Assembly: GCA_951406725.2 (NCBI GenBank)
Contig: OX597823.1
Location: 63,178,001-63,242,000 of the forward strand
Length of the DNA stretch: 64,000 nt
Direction: 5' to 3'
DNA from: Octopus vulgaris
Lineage: Eukaryota
The notes below the pieces were generated by a model. The model saw only the letters and a program-made list of their open reading frames with translations. It did not search any database and was not told where the DNA came from. Shown here piece by piece: positions 25,772 through 37,759 of the stretch (positions are counted from its first letter, which is position 1; each line of letters starts with the position of its first letter). The translations under genes and the position numbers were made by a program.

Positions 25772-26133
25772 GAGCATGGCTGTGTGGTTAAGAAGCTCTC
25801 TTTGTAACCATGTGGCTCTGGGTTCGACCCTATTGCGAGGCATCTTGGACAAGTGCCTTTTACAATAGCCCTGGACCTACGAATGCTTTGTGAGTAAATT
25901 TTGTGGGTGGAAACTGTGTGGAAGTCTGTTGTGTGTGTTTTTGTGTTTGCCCCATCTCTAATGCTTGACTATTGGTGTTGGTTTGTTTATGTCCCTGTAG
26001 TTTAGCAGTTTGGCAAAAGAAACTGATACAATAAGTATCAACTTAATAAGTATTGGAATTGATTTGTTTGATTAAATATTTCAAGGTAGTGTCCCAGGAT
26101 GGCTGCTATCTAATAACTGAAACAAGTAAAAGA
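25772..26133 (+). mobile_element. SINE family A, diverged
   Basis: GCATGGCTGTGTGGTTAAG head through TGAAACAAGTAAAAG tail. Confidence 0.8.
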
Positions 26134-26698
26134 TTCCTCTAAACCTAGACAAGTTCAGTTAAGAGTTCTATTGATTTGAAATATGGAGAACTTATTTTCA
26201 AAACCTTCATATTCTGAAGAATAATAACCTGCATAAATCAAACTGTCACATTAGATTTGAAGGTGGTTTTGTTAGAAAAATGGTGAATCAATAAAGATAC
26301 CTATTTTTAAAAAAAATTGTCAGATTCACCATGAAGCAAACTAAGTATCCACTATGTTGGTAAATTGTTTGGCTTTAAAGAATAAACAAAATGAAAATAT
26401 TGAAATACTTCATGATTTTGAGAAAAGTTACAGAGCAGAAAACAGTTATAGAGTAGAAATAAGTAGAAAACAGCATTGTTCTAGTTTTGAATGTATTTTC
26501 ATGAGAGGAGGAGGAATAATAATAATAAGAATACTTGAAATTTTGATTCAAGGCTAGCAGTTTTCAGGTTTTATCAACCCTGAAAGGATGAAAGGTGAAG
26601 TCAACCGTGACAGAATTTGAGCTAAGAATATGAAGACATGAAATGCCACTAAGCATTTTGTCCTGCATGCTAACAATTCTGTCAGCTTGTTGCCTTAA

Positions 26699-26918
26699 CC
26701 CTTTAGCATTCAGAGTAAGTTATCAAATGTAATGTTCATGTATCCATATTTTAAAAAATTAATCACATATTATCTTGTAGCTTCAAGATTTTAAAGATGT
26801 AATCATTTAATTTTAGAATGACATTGTAGGGTAGGTGGAAGAGACTGGATCTGGCCAGTTTGAACATAAAACAGATAGACCATTTGGGCTGGATATGGCC
26901 GGTTTAAATGTTAAAGGG
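26699..26918. mobile_element. TTAA-type MITE family E
   Basis: TTAA TSDs; TIR CCCTTTAGCATT / AATGTTAAAGGG. Other copies at 34713-35333 (split by SINE A), ~41380-41575 and ~61977-62165. Confidence 0.85.
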
Positions 26919-27644
26919 TTAATAATAATAATGGTAATCATTTCTAATACAGGCGCAAAGCCTGAAGTTAGGGTAGGGCGGGGATGGGGTAAGTCAATTA
27001 CATTGACCCCAGTGCTCAACTGGTACTTATTTTATCAATTTCAAAAAGGATGAAAGGCAGAGTCGACCTTGACAGAATTTGAACTCAAGAGTGTTAAGAT
27101 GGAAGAAATGTCACTAAACATTTTTGTTCTGCATACTAAAAGTTCGATCAACCCACCCCCTTAATAATTATAATCATAATAATTGTTCCTAACATTGGCA
27201 TAATGCCAGGAATTTTACAAGAGGGGAGCAGTCAATTAAATCATCCCAGTAATTAACTGATACTTTATTCTACTGACTCTGGAAGCCTGAATGGCAAAGT
27301 AGACTGTGAAATTGGAATATAACATTGTAGAGTACATTGTCTGATGCTGTAACCATTCTGCTTCTACTTATAATTATTTTTTCGAAGTAGCAATTTGGCA
27401 GAGTTGCCAGAGCACTGTATAGAATACAGAGCAACATTTATTTTTATTCTCGGAGTTCAAACCCTTTCAAAGTCTACTTAGCTTTTTATTTTTACAAGGT
27501 CAGTGAAAAAGTAACAATTTTGGGCACTGGAATACTGGAACTGTTAATGGATTGGGCAAGATGCATTGCAGCATCTGTTTCAGCAATCTGCAATTCTAAC
27601 AGTAATGCTTATAGTGACACAAGATATATTAGCCCATGTTGGTG

Positions 27645-27832
27645 ACCTTTACTTTCAATAAAACGTCCATAAGACTGCAGCCGTCCTGGAACACTGCCTT
27701 GAAAAGTTTTTAGTTGAACAAACTGACCCCAGGACATATTTTTTAAGCCAAGTACTTATTTTATCGGTCTCTTTTGCTGAACTGCTAAGTTATGGGAGAC
27801 GTAAACACATTAAGTGGTGATGGTGGGGACAA

Positions 27833-27863
<31 letters not shown>

Positions 27864-28020
27864 TACACACACAATGAGTTTCTTTCAGTTCCCATCTACC
27901 TAATCCATTCAAGGCTTCAGTTGGCCCGAGGCTATAGTAGAAGACACTTGTCCAAGTGCCATGCAGTGGGACTGAACCCAGAACCATGTGGTTGGGAAGC
28001 AAGCTTCTTACTACACAGGC
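27645..28020 (-). mobile_element. SINE family A
   Basis: Reverse complement of family A with a (CA)n centre. Confidence 0.82.
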
Positions 28021-28102
28021 ACACAGAAACACACATTCATATATATATATATATGTACACATGTGTAGGATTCTGCTGAAGGATCTATTTCATCTTCACT
28101 AG

Positions 28103-28128
28103 ATTGTTACTCAGCGGCATAGTGACAG
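28103..28128 (+). CDS. Putative 26-nt coding microexon (phase 2 to 1): (I)LLLSGIVT
   Basis: Acceptor TATTTCATCTTCACTAG|A, donor CAG|GTAATG; continues the hydrophobic helix of exon 18701-18815 in frame. Confidence 0.55.
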
Positions 28129-28411
28129 GTAATGGCTAGTACATCTATATATCTGTATGTATGTGAAATTGTTAAACTAAAAACATGTTAAAAATCTGCA
28201 GACTCATTTTGATTATATCATGGCTTCAGCGCAAAACCTTTCGTTACAGTTTGCCTGAATTTAACATCTCTGCTTGTCTTTCACTCCCATTTTGTTGTTT
28301 TAGACTTCTATTAGCGTGACTGACGAGACACAGTAGAACTAACAAAACCTAAACTGATTTCAGAAAATAGAAAAAAAAATGATATTACTGATGCTATAGG
28401 AAATATATATA

Positions 28412-28466
<55 letters not shown>

Positions 28467-30993
28467 ATATGTATGTGTGTGTGTATATGTGTATATGTAT
28501 GTATCTGTAAATGTAATATGTGACAATTATTCGGTAACCATGATAAAAATAACATATTACATTTACAGATAAATTCCTCTATTTACATAATATCGAGGTC
28601 TCTTTCATTCTTTTGTTGTCTTACCATTTTTATCAATAAATATATATATATATGTATATATATATTTATATATATGTTCACTAGAGAGGTTGTCGTGGCA
28701 TTTTAAAGGTGAACTTTTTATTTAATTTATTGAAGGTAATCTATGTAGCATATATCTCTTTTACTCTTACTTGTTTCAGTCATTTGACTGTGGCCATGCT
28801 GGAGTACCGCCTTTAATCAAGCAAATCATTATGCATAGTTAATAATATCAGGGTAATAAAGATTTCTAAAATCTTTATTACCCTGATATTATTAATTATG
28901 TATAATGATTTCTGGAAAATTTGTTCGAAGAAATTGCCAGCATTGTCTTGCCGACAAAAAACTGCACTTGCGCGTTGGATTTGAAAAAATTTAAATGTGT
29001 AAATAAGAGGCACATGCTGGATTGGCCTCGTGCTTATATGTTTAATCTTGGCGTAGCTGTTGACGAAGACTTTGCCTGGCAAATTATTTTATTTGCTAAA
29101 AAAAGTCAGAAACCATGGTCCAGGAAATAGATGGTAAATGTTTTCATTTTTCATTCCCTTCAAGATTTTATTCCTAATTAGTGGTTTGGACTTTAGCTGT
29201 TCCTTCTAGCATAAGAGAGTCCTATGATGGAAACCTCTTAATGTGGTTAAATGTACACTGTATTTTATATATATGTGTGAAAGTATACTGTTCTATGAAG
29301 GTAAGATCAACAAAAAAGTACTCCATCTGGTGAAAGATAACTATTGTTTAATAAGCTCAGTATATATATATATATTTTTATGAGCTACTAATAATTTTGT
29401 GGAATGAAAATTACTCAGACAGCATTTTGTAACATGTCTGGTGTCTTCAAGCAATCTTCAGGCTATGCAGCAATTTATGAGATATAAAATCATCTTCAAA
29501 TAGTTAATCTACTTTGGACTAAATATTCTTGCGCAAATTGATTTTATTCATAAAAGTACTGATCACTGACGATGCAAAGGGTTTTTTTTTTTTATTTTTG
29601 TTATTATTTTACCTTTTCTCTTATATTTATGTATGTTTACCTGTTTGTATGCAATGATAAAAGTTTTCTCATTCTATACAAACAACCCATTCACCAAGAC
29701 ACTTTTAATACAAAAGTTTATATCTCTGAATGGTCATTAAATTATTATTATGGTTGTATGTAATGTTGACTAACAAATTAACACAATGCCCATTTTCTTT
29801 CTATGTAAAGGTTATCAAATATAACTTTTCATTTTTTTTTAATGTTACCTTTTCAAGTTATCTTGAAGTAGAACAAACATTCTCTTGTATATTTGTGCCA
29901 TGTAACTACTGTTGAGAAGCATAATTTTTATCTTATGCTAGATATTCAACAAATTTCATTTGTTCCTCTTTTACATTTGGTTTTCCATGCTAGCATGGGT
30001 TGGAGGATAATGGATGAATATATATATAATTGAAGGCACTGTTTTACAACGGAATGCCCTTACCCATTTTTCAAGTAAAGAACTTTTGATTCAACTCTGA
30101 AACCACATAGATTGGCTCTCTTGTGCAAAATTGCAAAGTGTTAACATTCACGTGTACTCAGAAATAAACACAGGTACACACATACATTCACATGTGCATG
30201 CACACTCACACACCTGCATGGGCATATATGCACATGTTCACATTCATGCAGACACACAGATATACAAACACACAGTGTGCGCACACAAACATACAGCATG
30301 TTTGTGTATTTCTAATAGCAGCTGTCCTCCTGTTTTAGATGTGTGAACAGTACTTTAGTGTGCTTTATATGGAGCCAGCAGCTGTTCAGAGCTAAGTTAA
30401 TTTTTAGATCTGAAGAGAAGACCTAGTCTTTGATCTGTACTTTAGGCAATGCTGTGTGTGTGTGTATTACAGTAGTATTGGCACCAAGCAGTGATTAGGC
30501 ATAAGCAAACTTTAGCTTAGTTAGAATATGTCTGTGACATATTTCAACTTCTAAAGGCAAATTCACTGCAGTTACTGTGAAGAAAAACATTCTCTTATGG
30601 TAAAAAGTGTTAAAAAACACCATATCTGTCCAATGCTGCCCCCTTTCAGATCCCCAGGCATATTTCTAGCTCTTTAGCCATTATCAGTGGGAAATACAGA
30701 AGAGCTGCAACTCTGGACAAACTTAAAGCTGTAGCTTTAGCTAAAACCCAGTCAACAACAGTGACTGATTTGTACCATTGGGCTGTCAGGTCAGAAAAAA
30801 TTACAGTATCAGTGCCAAGAGTGTTTAGGCATAAGTGAACTTTAGGTTAGTTAATATATGTTTGTGACATATTTCAACTTTTAATGGCAAATTCACTATA
30901 GTTAACATGGATTCACTTGAGAGTGATGACTGTTTTGGTGAATGCTGTTTCTTCATTTAGTTTTTTAATAGGGATGTTATTGAATTCAAATTA

Positions 30994-31332
30994 TGTGAAG
31001 GTGCATGGCTCAGAGGTTAGAGCATTGAGCTTACGATTGTGAGGTTGTGAGTTTGAAACCCGGACCGGGCTGCATGTTGTGTTCTTGAGCAAGACACTCT
31101 GTTTCACGTTGCTCCAGTTCACTCAGCTGTAGAAATGAGCTGTGACATCACAGGTGCCAAGCTGTATCCGCTATTGCCCTTCCCTTGGATAACACTGGTG
31201 GCATGGAGAGAGGAGGCCAGTATGCATGGTGACTGCTGGTCTTCCATAAACAACCTTGCCCGGACTTGTGCCTGGGAGGGTAACTTTCTAGGTGCAATTC
31301 CACGGTCAGTCATGACCGAAGGGGAGTCTCAG
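30994..31332 (+). mobile_element. tRNA-derived SINE family C, full length
   Basis: 16-bp TSD TATTGA(A/G)TTCAAATTA (30978-30993 / 31333-31348); A box TGGCTCAGAGG, B box GTTTGAAACC. Confidence 0.9.
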
Positions 31333-31812
31333 TATTGAGTTCAAATTAAGTCTAGGAAAGAATTTTTAAGTTTGCAGTGATTATAAATTTCAGGTTAAAT
31401 TCTATGAATATGCTGATTAGGGTTTTCTTGCAAATATTTAACATTATGGGAAACAATTAGATTATCATCTTTTATGATCCTATGCTGGGTACTTTGATTT
31501 TTTTTTTTTGCATGGTGTTCGTATTGTGTGCATAGGCTTACTAGTTTGTAGACTTCTGCAACATCAAAACTTCCCATGAATACATCATAATACACCAGAG
31601 AGCACTAATTTCCATGTTATACGTATGCATGTACACACAGTATATATTTTGTTGTACTGAATTGTGTGTGAAAGAGTGATAGAGAGAGAGAGAGAAAAAG
31701 AGAGCAAGACAGAAGGGGAGTGAGAGAAAGATATATAGATAAAACAAAAGGAAAAAAATAAAAATCATACTTTATGCCATGACTGCTTCCAGCTACCAAT
31801 ATTTCCAATGTT

Positions 31813-31858
31813 GTTACCTTGGCAACAGAAGCTAGCAGTTCACAGTTACTATGACTAC
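31813..31858. promoter_or_regulatory. Candidate RFX X-box pair
   Basis: GTTACC-TT-GGCAAC fits GTNRCC-N0-3-RGYAAC; a weaker GTTACT-AT-GACTAC starts 32 bp later, in unique sequence. Confidence 0.35.
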
Positions 31859-32121
31859 TGCATGCTGCTTCAGAAACAGGGCATATTCAGCATACACACT
31901 AATGAACTTTTAAGCACACTGTCCTGCTACTGCCTTATAGATGTCACTCTTGAGATTATGATAGTGATTTAATGGCTGTGATAATGGTGGTGGTGCCGGT
32001 GATGCTGGTGTTTACAATGTTTGCTGATAAAAATGTTAGTCACACTGAAAGTAATTTAGTTGTTGTTTAACCCTAGGTCAGCTCTGATCAAACAGGCATA
32101 TCATGATTAGGGATATTCAAG

Positions 32122-32338
32122 CTCTTTTACTCTTTACTCTTTTACTTGTTTCAGTCACTTGACTGCAGCCATGCTGGAGCACCGCCTTTAATCGAGCAAC
32201 TCGACCCCGGGACTTATTCTTTTGTAAGCCCAGTACTTATTCTATCGGTCTCTTTTGCCAAACCGCTAAGTAACGGGGACATAAACACACCAGCATCAGT
32301 TGTCAAGCAATGCTAGGGGGACACACACAGACACACAA

Positions 32339-32391
<53 letters not shown>

Positions 32392-32573
32392 TACACATAT
32401 ATACATATATACGACGGGCTTCTTTTAATTTCCGTCTACCAAATCCACTCACAAGGCTTTGGTCGGCCCGAGGCTATAGTAGAAGACACTTGCCCAAGGT
32501 GCTACGCAGTGGGACTGAATCCGGAACCATGTGGTTGGTAAGCAAGCTACTTACCACACAGCCACTCCTGCGC
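32122..32573 (-). mobile_element. SINE family A, young full-length copy
   Basis: CpG-retaining copy with head, (TA/CA)n centre and (AGAGTAAA)n tail. Confidence 0.92.
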
Positions 32574-33673
32574 TGTAACCGTCCCTTTTTTTTTTCTTGT
32601 GTGCATGGAACCCAGGACTATGTTATCCAGTGTGGTCTTTTCTAAGATGGTGGGGGTTATGATTGAAGGGTATTGTGGAGCAAATTGAGTGACTACATAA
32701 GGGCCTCATTCACAGACTCTTGGCAGTTGAGTAGTAATGATGTTGATGGGGATGTTGAAGGATGATGTAGTGGTGGTGGTGGTGGTGGTGGTGGAGATAG
32801 TGATGGATGGCATTGGTATTATGTTGGTAGTTACGTTTGTGATGTGATAAAGATAATAGACAAACATGGTTTGGTGGTGATGACAATTATGATGGTGGTA
32901 GGAGTTGTCGACAGTACTGGTTGTAGTAATCTAACTGATGTCTTTTTCCCCATCCCCTGTTTGATGTGGAAATGATTGTGTTGTTGAGTGACGGTGGGTG
33001 GTGCTCTTGGGTGAAGGTGTTGAGTAGCAGTAGTGGTGGTGGTGGTGGTGGTGATATTCTCGAGTGATGTGATGGTGTAGTTGTTGAGTTATGGTTGGTG
33101 GCAGTAGGGTTATCGAGTTGTGATGGGCTTTTCTTGATTATGAGTATTGACTATGTTGCTGAGTACTCAATACAAAATATTTTCAGTCCAAGATCAGAGG
33201 ATTACATGGCTACTTGTTATGAACACAGAACTCACCATTTATCAGTTTTCCTTGGCTGAAAAACAGGTTCAGCTCTCTTTTTGGGGCAGTTGGTTATCAA
33301 TAGAGCAAGAAAGCTGTAAAACTACTTGTTCCAATAAAATGAAAATATTCAAGTATGCAGAAACCATTCCAGTTATGCTAACATGAAAAAAAATTAATGT
33401 AAAACTATGAAATAAAAGATAGTGACACACACTAAATTTTTTCCAATTATCTTTAAGCATCCATTTTATCAAAGTTTCTATCATTCTTGGTGAAAAAAGT
33501 TTACATTTATCTAATTTTTTTTTATCATTTTCTGCATTCTACTTATAAAAAAATTTCATAAATCTCTCTTCACTATTATAATTCACAAGATAGCATCCAA
33601 CTCAGCTTTTAAAAAATTTAAAGCACACATTTTTGCTTCATAAAATTTTTATCAGTTTTCTTATGCTTAAAAT

Positions 33674-33714
<41 letters not shown>

Positions 33715-34782
33715 AGACAAAATCGACCATTTCCATATGTAGTGCTACACAAATATGTGTACTTTTGTCATTGTTATATGCAGGTAGCATGATAAGACAT
33801 CATTAGCTGCAAATAGATTAAAGGCATTGTATGTTTAACCAATCATCAGTGTCACTTGAGGCAGTCACCCATAGCAAGTGAGGTAAGAACAATCCCATGG
33901 GATGAGGATAATAACAGCTTACCATCTTCAACCATTATGAAAATACCAGCAAGTAAAAGTCTATATAATCTGGTGAAGTATAAATGTCTTAATTGGGTGA
34001 CATTCAAGACACTCAACCAATGGAAATGCAGCTCCCTGTGTGGTTTGTGGCACAGTCACAAACTATGGAGCAGTTTTTGAGGTGACCTCCATGAGGGCAT
34101 GGGTCGGAAGGATTTTCACAATCTAAATCGGTTTTTGGTTGGAATTACTTCCCTCTTTTGTGGACCATACCTCTTGTTTGTTTTTATTTCTAAGGCTGGA
34201 TGTCCTTCCTAATAACAACTGCTTTGCAGTGTACACTGGGCACTTTATTTTTTTTCCTTTTTTGCACCAGCACTAAAGAGATTTCCCTGCCCTCAACGGG
34301 ACATGACAAGAAGGTTCTCTCAAACCTTATGATATTTGTGTACATCCAACCATTTTAGAGAGTACTTGAAAATGGTTGGCACACATTGTCTTCTGGTACA
34401 AACATTGTAGTTGTTGTTGTATTACAAGTCCTGGCCAAGACAAGACCAAGAATCCTCTTCATACTATGGTGCTTCTCTTCATTCATCTACTACTACATAG
34501 AATGCATAAGATGCACTTTCTGACAGCAGTGCACTTAGAATGCACAAGATGCACTTTATTGTGACAGCAACACACTAGTTTAATTATATAATATTTAATA
34601 TTTTTATGATTGATTAACAGAATTGATAACCTTAATGATATTAAAAACATTAATGATATCTAGTTGCAGCAGTTGTGGATGTGCAAAATTGTTATGATTG
34701 AACAAAATACCATAACTCTTTAGCATTCACTTTACTCTGTCAAATGTCATACTTATTTACTCACATGGTTTTAAATTAATCA

Positions 34783-35177
34783 TGCAGGAGTGGCTGTGTG
34801 GTAAGTAGCTTGTTTACCAACCACATACTTCTTGGTTCAGTCCCACCGTGTGGCACCTTGGGCAAGTGTCTTCTACTATAGCCACGGGCTGACCAAAGCC
34901 TTGTGAGTGGATTTGGTAGACGGAAACTGAAAGAAGCCCATTGTATATATGTATGTATGTGTGTGTATATCTTTGTCTGTGTTTGTCCCCCCAACATTGC
35001 TTGACAACTGATGCTGGTGTGTTTACGTCCCCGTAACTTAGCGGTTCGGCAAAAGGGCCCGATAGAATAAGTACTAGGCTTACAAAGAATAAGTCCTGGG
35101 GTCGATTTGCTCGACTAAAGGTGGTGCTCCAGCATGGCCACAGTCAAATGACTGAAACAAGTAAAAGAGTAAAAGAG
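34783..35177 (+). mobile_element. SINE family A, young copy nested in MITE E
   Basis: Full-length copy; the flanks rejoin to the MITE E motif TTAATCATGCA..ATCTTGTAGCTTC. Confidence 0.92.
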
Positions 35178-35696
35178 CTGATCTTGTAGCTTCAAGATTT
35201 TGATGTGATTGTTTAGCTTTAGAATGACATTGTGGGGTAGGTGTGAGAGGCTGGATTTGACTGGTTTGAACATAAAATTGGCAGAATATTTGGGTTTGGG
35301 TGGACATGGCCAGCTTACATGCTAAAGGATTTAATGACATAAAGATTCTTGAGTATTTTTTACATAACGACAGCAGTGGATAACGATGTATGTGACAGTA
35401 ACAACATCTAGTTCTGGTATTAATGGATTAATTGGAATTTATAGTGTCAAACAAAGCACCTTAATGATATAAAAACCACTAATGGTTGTTAATGAGGCCA
35501 TGGTAATGGTTATTACGCATAATTGTTAATATTGAACTAAACACCTCAATGAGTCTTGGTTTCATCTTTTTATACTCTGAGCTTGAACTTTTATTGAAAT
35601 TGACTCTCCCTTTCAATCCTCTCGCCATCAAGTACTGTAATCAATATTATGTATGTCATCAATTGAATTTGTTTGTGGTTTCATGTCTAGTATTTC

Positions 35697-36066
35697 ATCA
35701 TCATCATCATCATCATCATCGTTTAGCGTCCGTTTTCCATGCTAGCACTGGGGTCTGTGAAGCCAGAAGGCTTCATCAGGCCCAGTCAAATCTGGCAGTG
35801 TTTCTATGGCTGGATGCCCTTCCTAACGCCAACCACTCCATGAGTGTAGTGGGTGCTTTTTACGTGCCACCCGCACAGGTGCCAGACAGAGCTGGCAAAC
35901 GGCCACGAACGGATGGTGCTTTTTATGTGCCAGGCAAGGCTGGCAACGGACACGAAACGGGGCGGTGCTGGCAACGGTCGCGAAACGGAAGGTTCTCTTA
36001 CATGCCACCGGCACTGGTAACACATCTGCAATTTCCATTGATCGATATCCATTGATCAATTTCGAT
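35697..36066 (-). mobile_element. 5'-truncated RTE 3' UTR
   Basis: Reverse complement of ~60100-60470. Confidence 0.9.
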
Positions 36067-36829
36067 TCTGTTTCAGTAAAACAAAAACAGAAAGAAATGA
36101 ATAGATTAAATAAATGTAAAACTGAATTAATATGCAGGATACGTACATACAGTGTGCACACACATACATACATACATACATACATACATATGTACATATG
36201 CATACACACATATATACATACATACACATGCAAACACACACATCCATACATACCCACACACATGCGCACAAACAAACAAAAGGCAACGCTGTGTAAATAA
36301 CGGGACAGAATCAAAACTATTGAAACGGTTGCAAGACGCAACGAAAATTTTAGGAAAATAAAAATAAGAAAAAAGTGGAAATTTTACCGGTGAGTGTGTT
36401 ATATTATAAGGCACAAAAAGAAAATGACTCTCCCCAGACACAACATAATATGCTTCAACACACAAACTCATATAAAGAATCTTGCAAACCAAATCCAAAA
36501 ACGAAATGTATTAATTGTATATCCTGTACAGGCTCCCTTGGTCATATATACTATTGTGAGGTGGAAAATAACATAATATTGTTTAGATTCAGCCACAATT
36601 GAGCAAACCTATGAGCAAGGCATTCCAAGTAAGACCATCTTGTCCCCTAGAATTACATTATATAATATCCTTTATTATATGATAAGTAATTTTAGTGTGA
36701 TTCAGTTCCTATTTCAGTTCCAAATAGGCCAAATGACCTACTAGAAATAGCAACTGAATGAAGTTACAATGTAGACCACCGGTACAACATGGGTACTCAG
36801 AGTTGTTGTGATAAGTTAAATTGGGAAAA

Positions 36830-36885
<56 letters not shown>

Positions 36886-37127
36886 GATTTATATGTATGT
36901 ATGTATGTATGCACAAACAAATTTTGTGTGTTTATATGAAATTGAGGAAAAATGTAAAATATAGGGCATTGTATATTCTGTATCTTAGAAGCCTCTAATG
37001 TACAGGCATGTGTTTGTGTGTATTGAACATAATTTACTTTTGTTTTGCATGGAATTGAATATATAATTCATACCAAAACTATATCATGCTATATATCTTA
37101 AGTGTTTCATTATTTATTTATTTCTAG

Positions 37128-37166
37128 GAATTGATAAGCATGGTTTGCCGATTCCGAACACTCAAG
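37128..37166 (+). CDS. Putative 39-nt symmetric (phase 1-1) exon: (G)IDKHGLPIPNTQ
   Basis: Acceptor TTATTTATTTATTTCTAG|G, donor AAG|GTAAAA; CpG-containing island in AT-rich intron; phase matches exon 28103-28128 and completes a V-T-G signal peptidase site. Confidence 0.6.
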
Positions 37167-37419
37167 GTAAAATGTTCTATTTTTTTCTATTTATCTTTCT
37201 CTTTTTTTTTCTTCCCTGTCTTCCCCTTTGTCAGCCATTCTCTCTCTCTCTCTCCCCCCTTTCTCTCTCTTTCTCTTTAGTAAGAAAAAATAGGTTGTAT
37301 TAATTAACCAAGTCTGTTTAAATTGAAAGCAATGTGCAATCATCAAATTCTGACAAGGATGTAATGGCACCCCACCACATTTTTTTTTTGTTTTTAGGAC
37401 ACAAAAAATGTTGACGGTC

Positions 37420-37742
37420 AGTATAGACTGCAGCCATGCTGGAGTGTCAACTTGAAGTGTTTTAGTCAAGCAAATCAACCCTAATACTTATTTTTTTCTT
37501 TTTTAGTTGAGTACTTATTTTATCAGTTTCTTATGCTGAACTGCTAAGTTACAGGAACATAAACAAAACAACATCAGTTGTTAAGCTGTTTGGAGTGGTG
37601 GGGACACATACACACACAAAATGGGTTTCCACACTGTTTCTGTGTGCTAAGTACACTCACCAAGCATTAGTCATGCTGGGGCTATAGTAGAAGACACTAG
37701 CCCAAGGTGCTGCACAATGAGGGTGAGCCCACAGCCATGTGC
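37420..37742 (-). mobile_element. SINE family A, diverged
   Basis: GACTGCAGCCATGCTGGAG..GCTATAGTAGAAGACAC..CCCAAGGTGC. Confidence 0.78.
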
Positions 37743-37759
37743 ATTTGTGTGTGTATAGA

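Noticed and set aside
30994-31075. tRNA-like A/B boxes here and at 6862, 15886 and 34783
   Set aside because: They are SINE heads that run into SINE bodies and tails (with a clear TSD in this copy); no complete cloverleaf.
36318-36352. Hammerhead-like motif TTGAAACG-GTTGC-AAGAC-GCAAC-GAAA
   Set aside because: A stem II and GAAA are present, but the core departs from CUGANGA and no stem I/III partner was found. An Infernal search of the family consensus would be needed.
35549-36498. 100-170 aa ORFs on both strands
   Set aside because: They are translations of RTE 3' UTR and (CATA)n repeats; the same peptides recur at each repeat copy.
37140-37166. ATG in good context giving MVCRFRTLK as the gene start
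   Set aside because: The other frame joins the upstream exons into a coherent signal peptide, and no phase-0 continuation was found. Not fully excluded.
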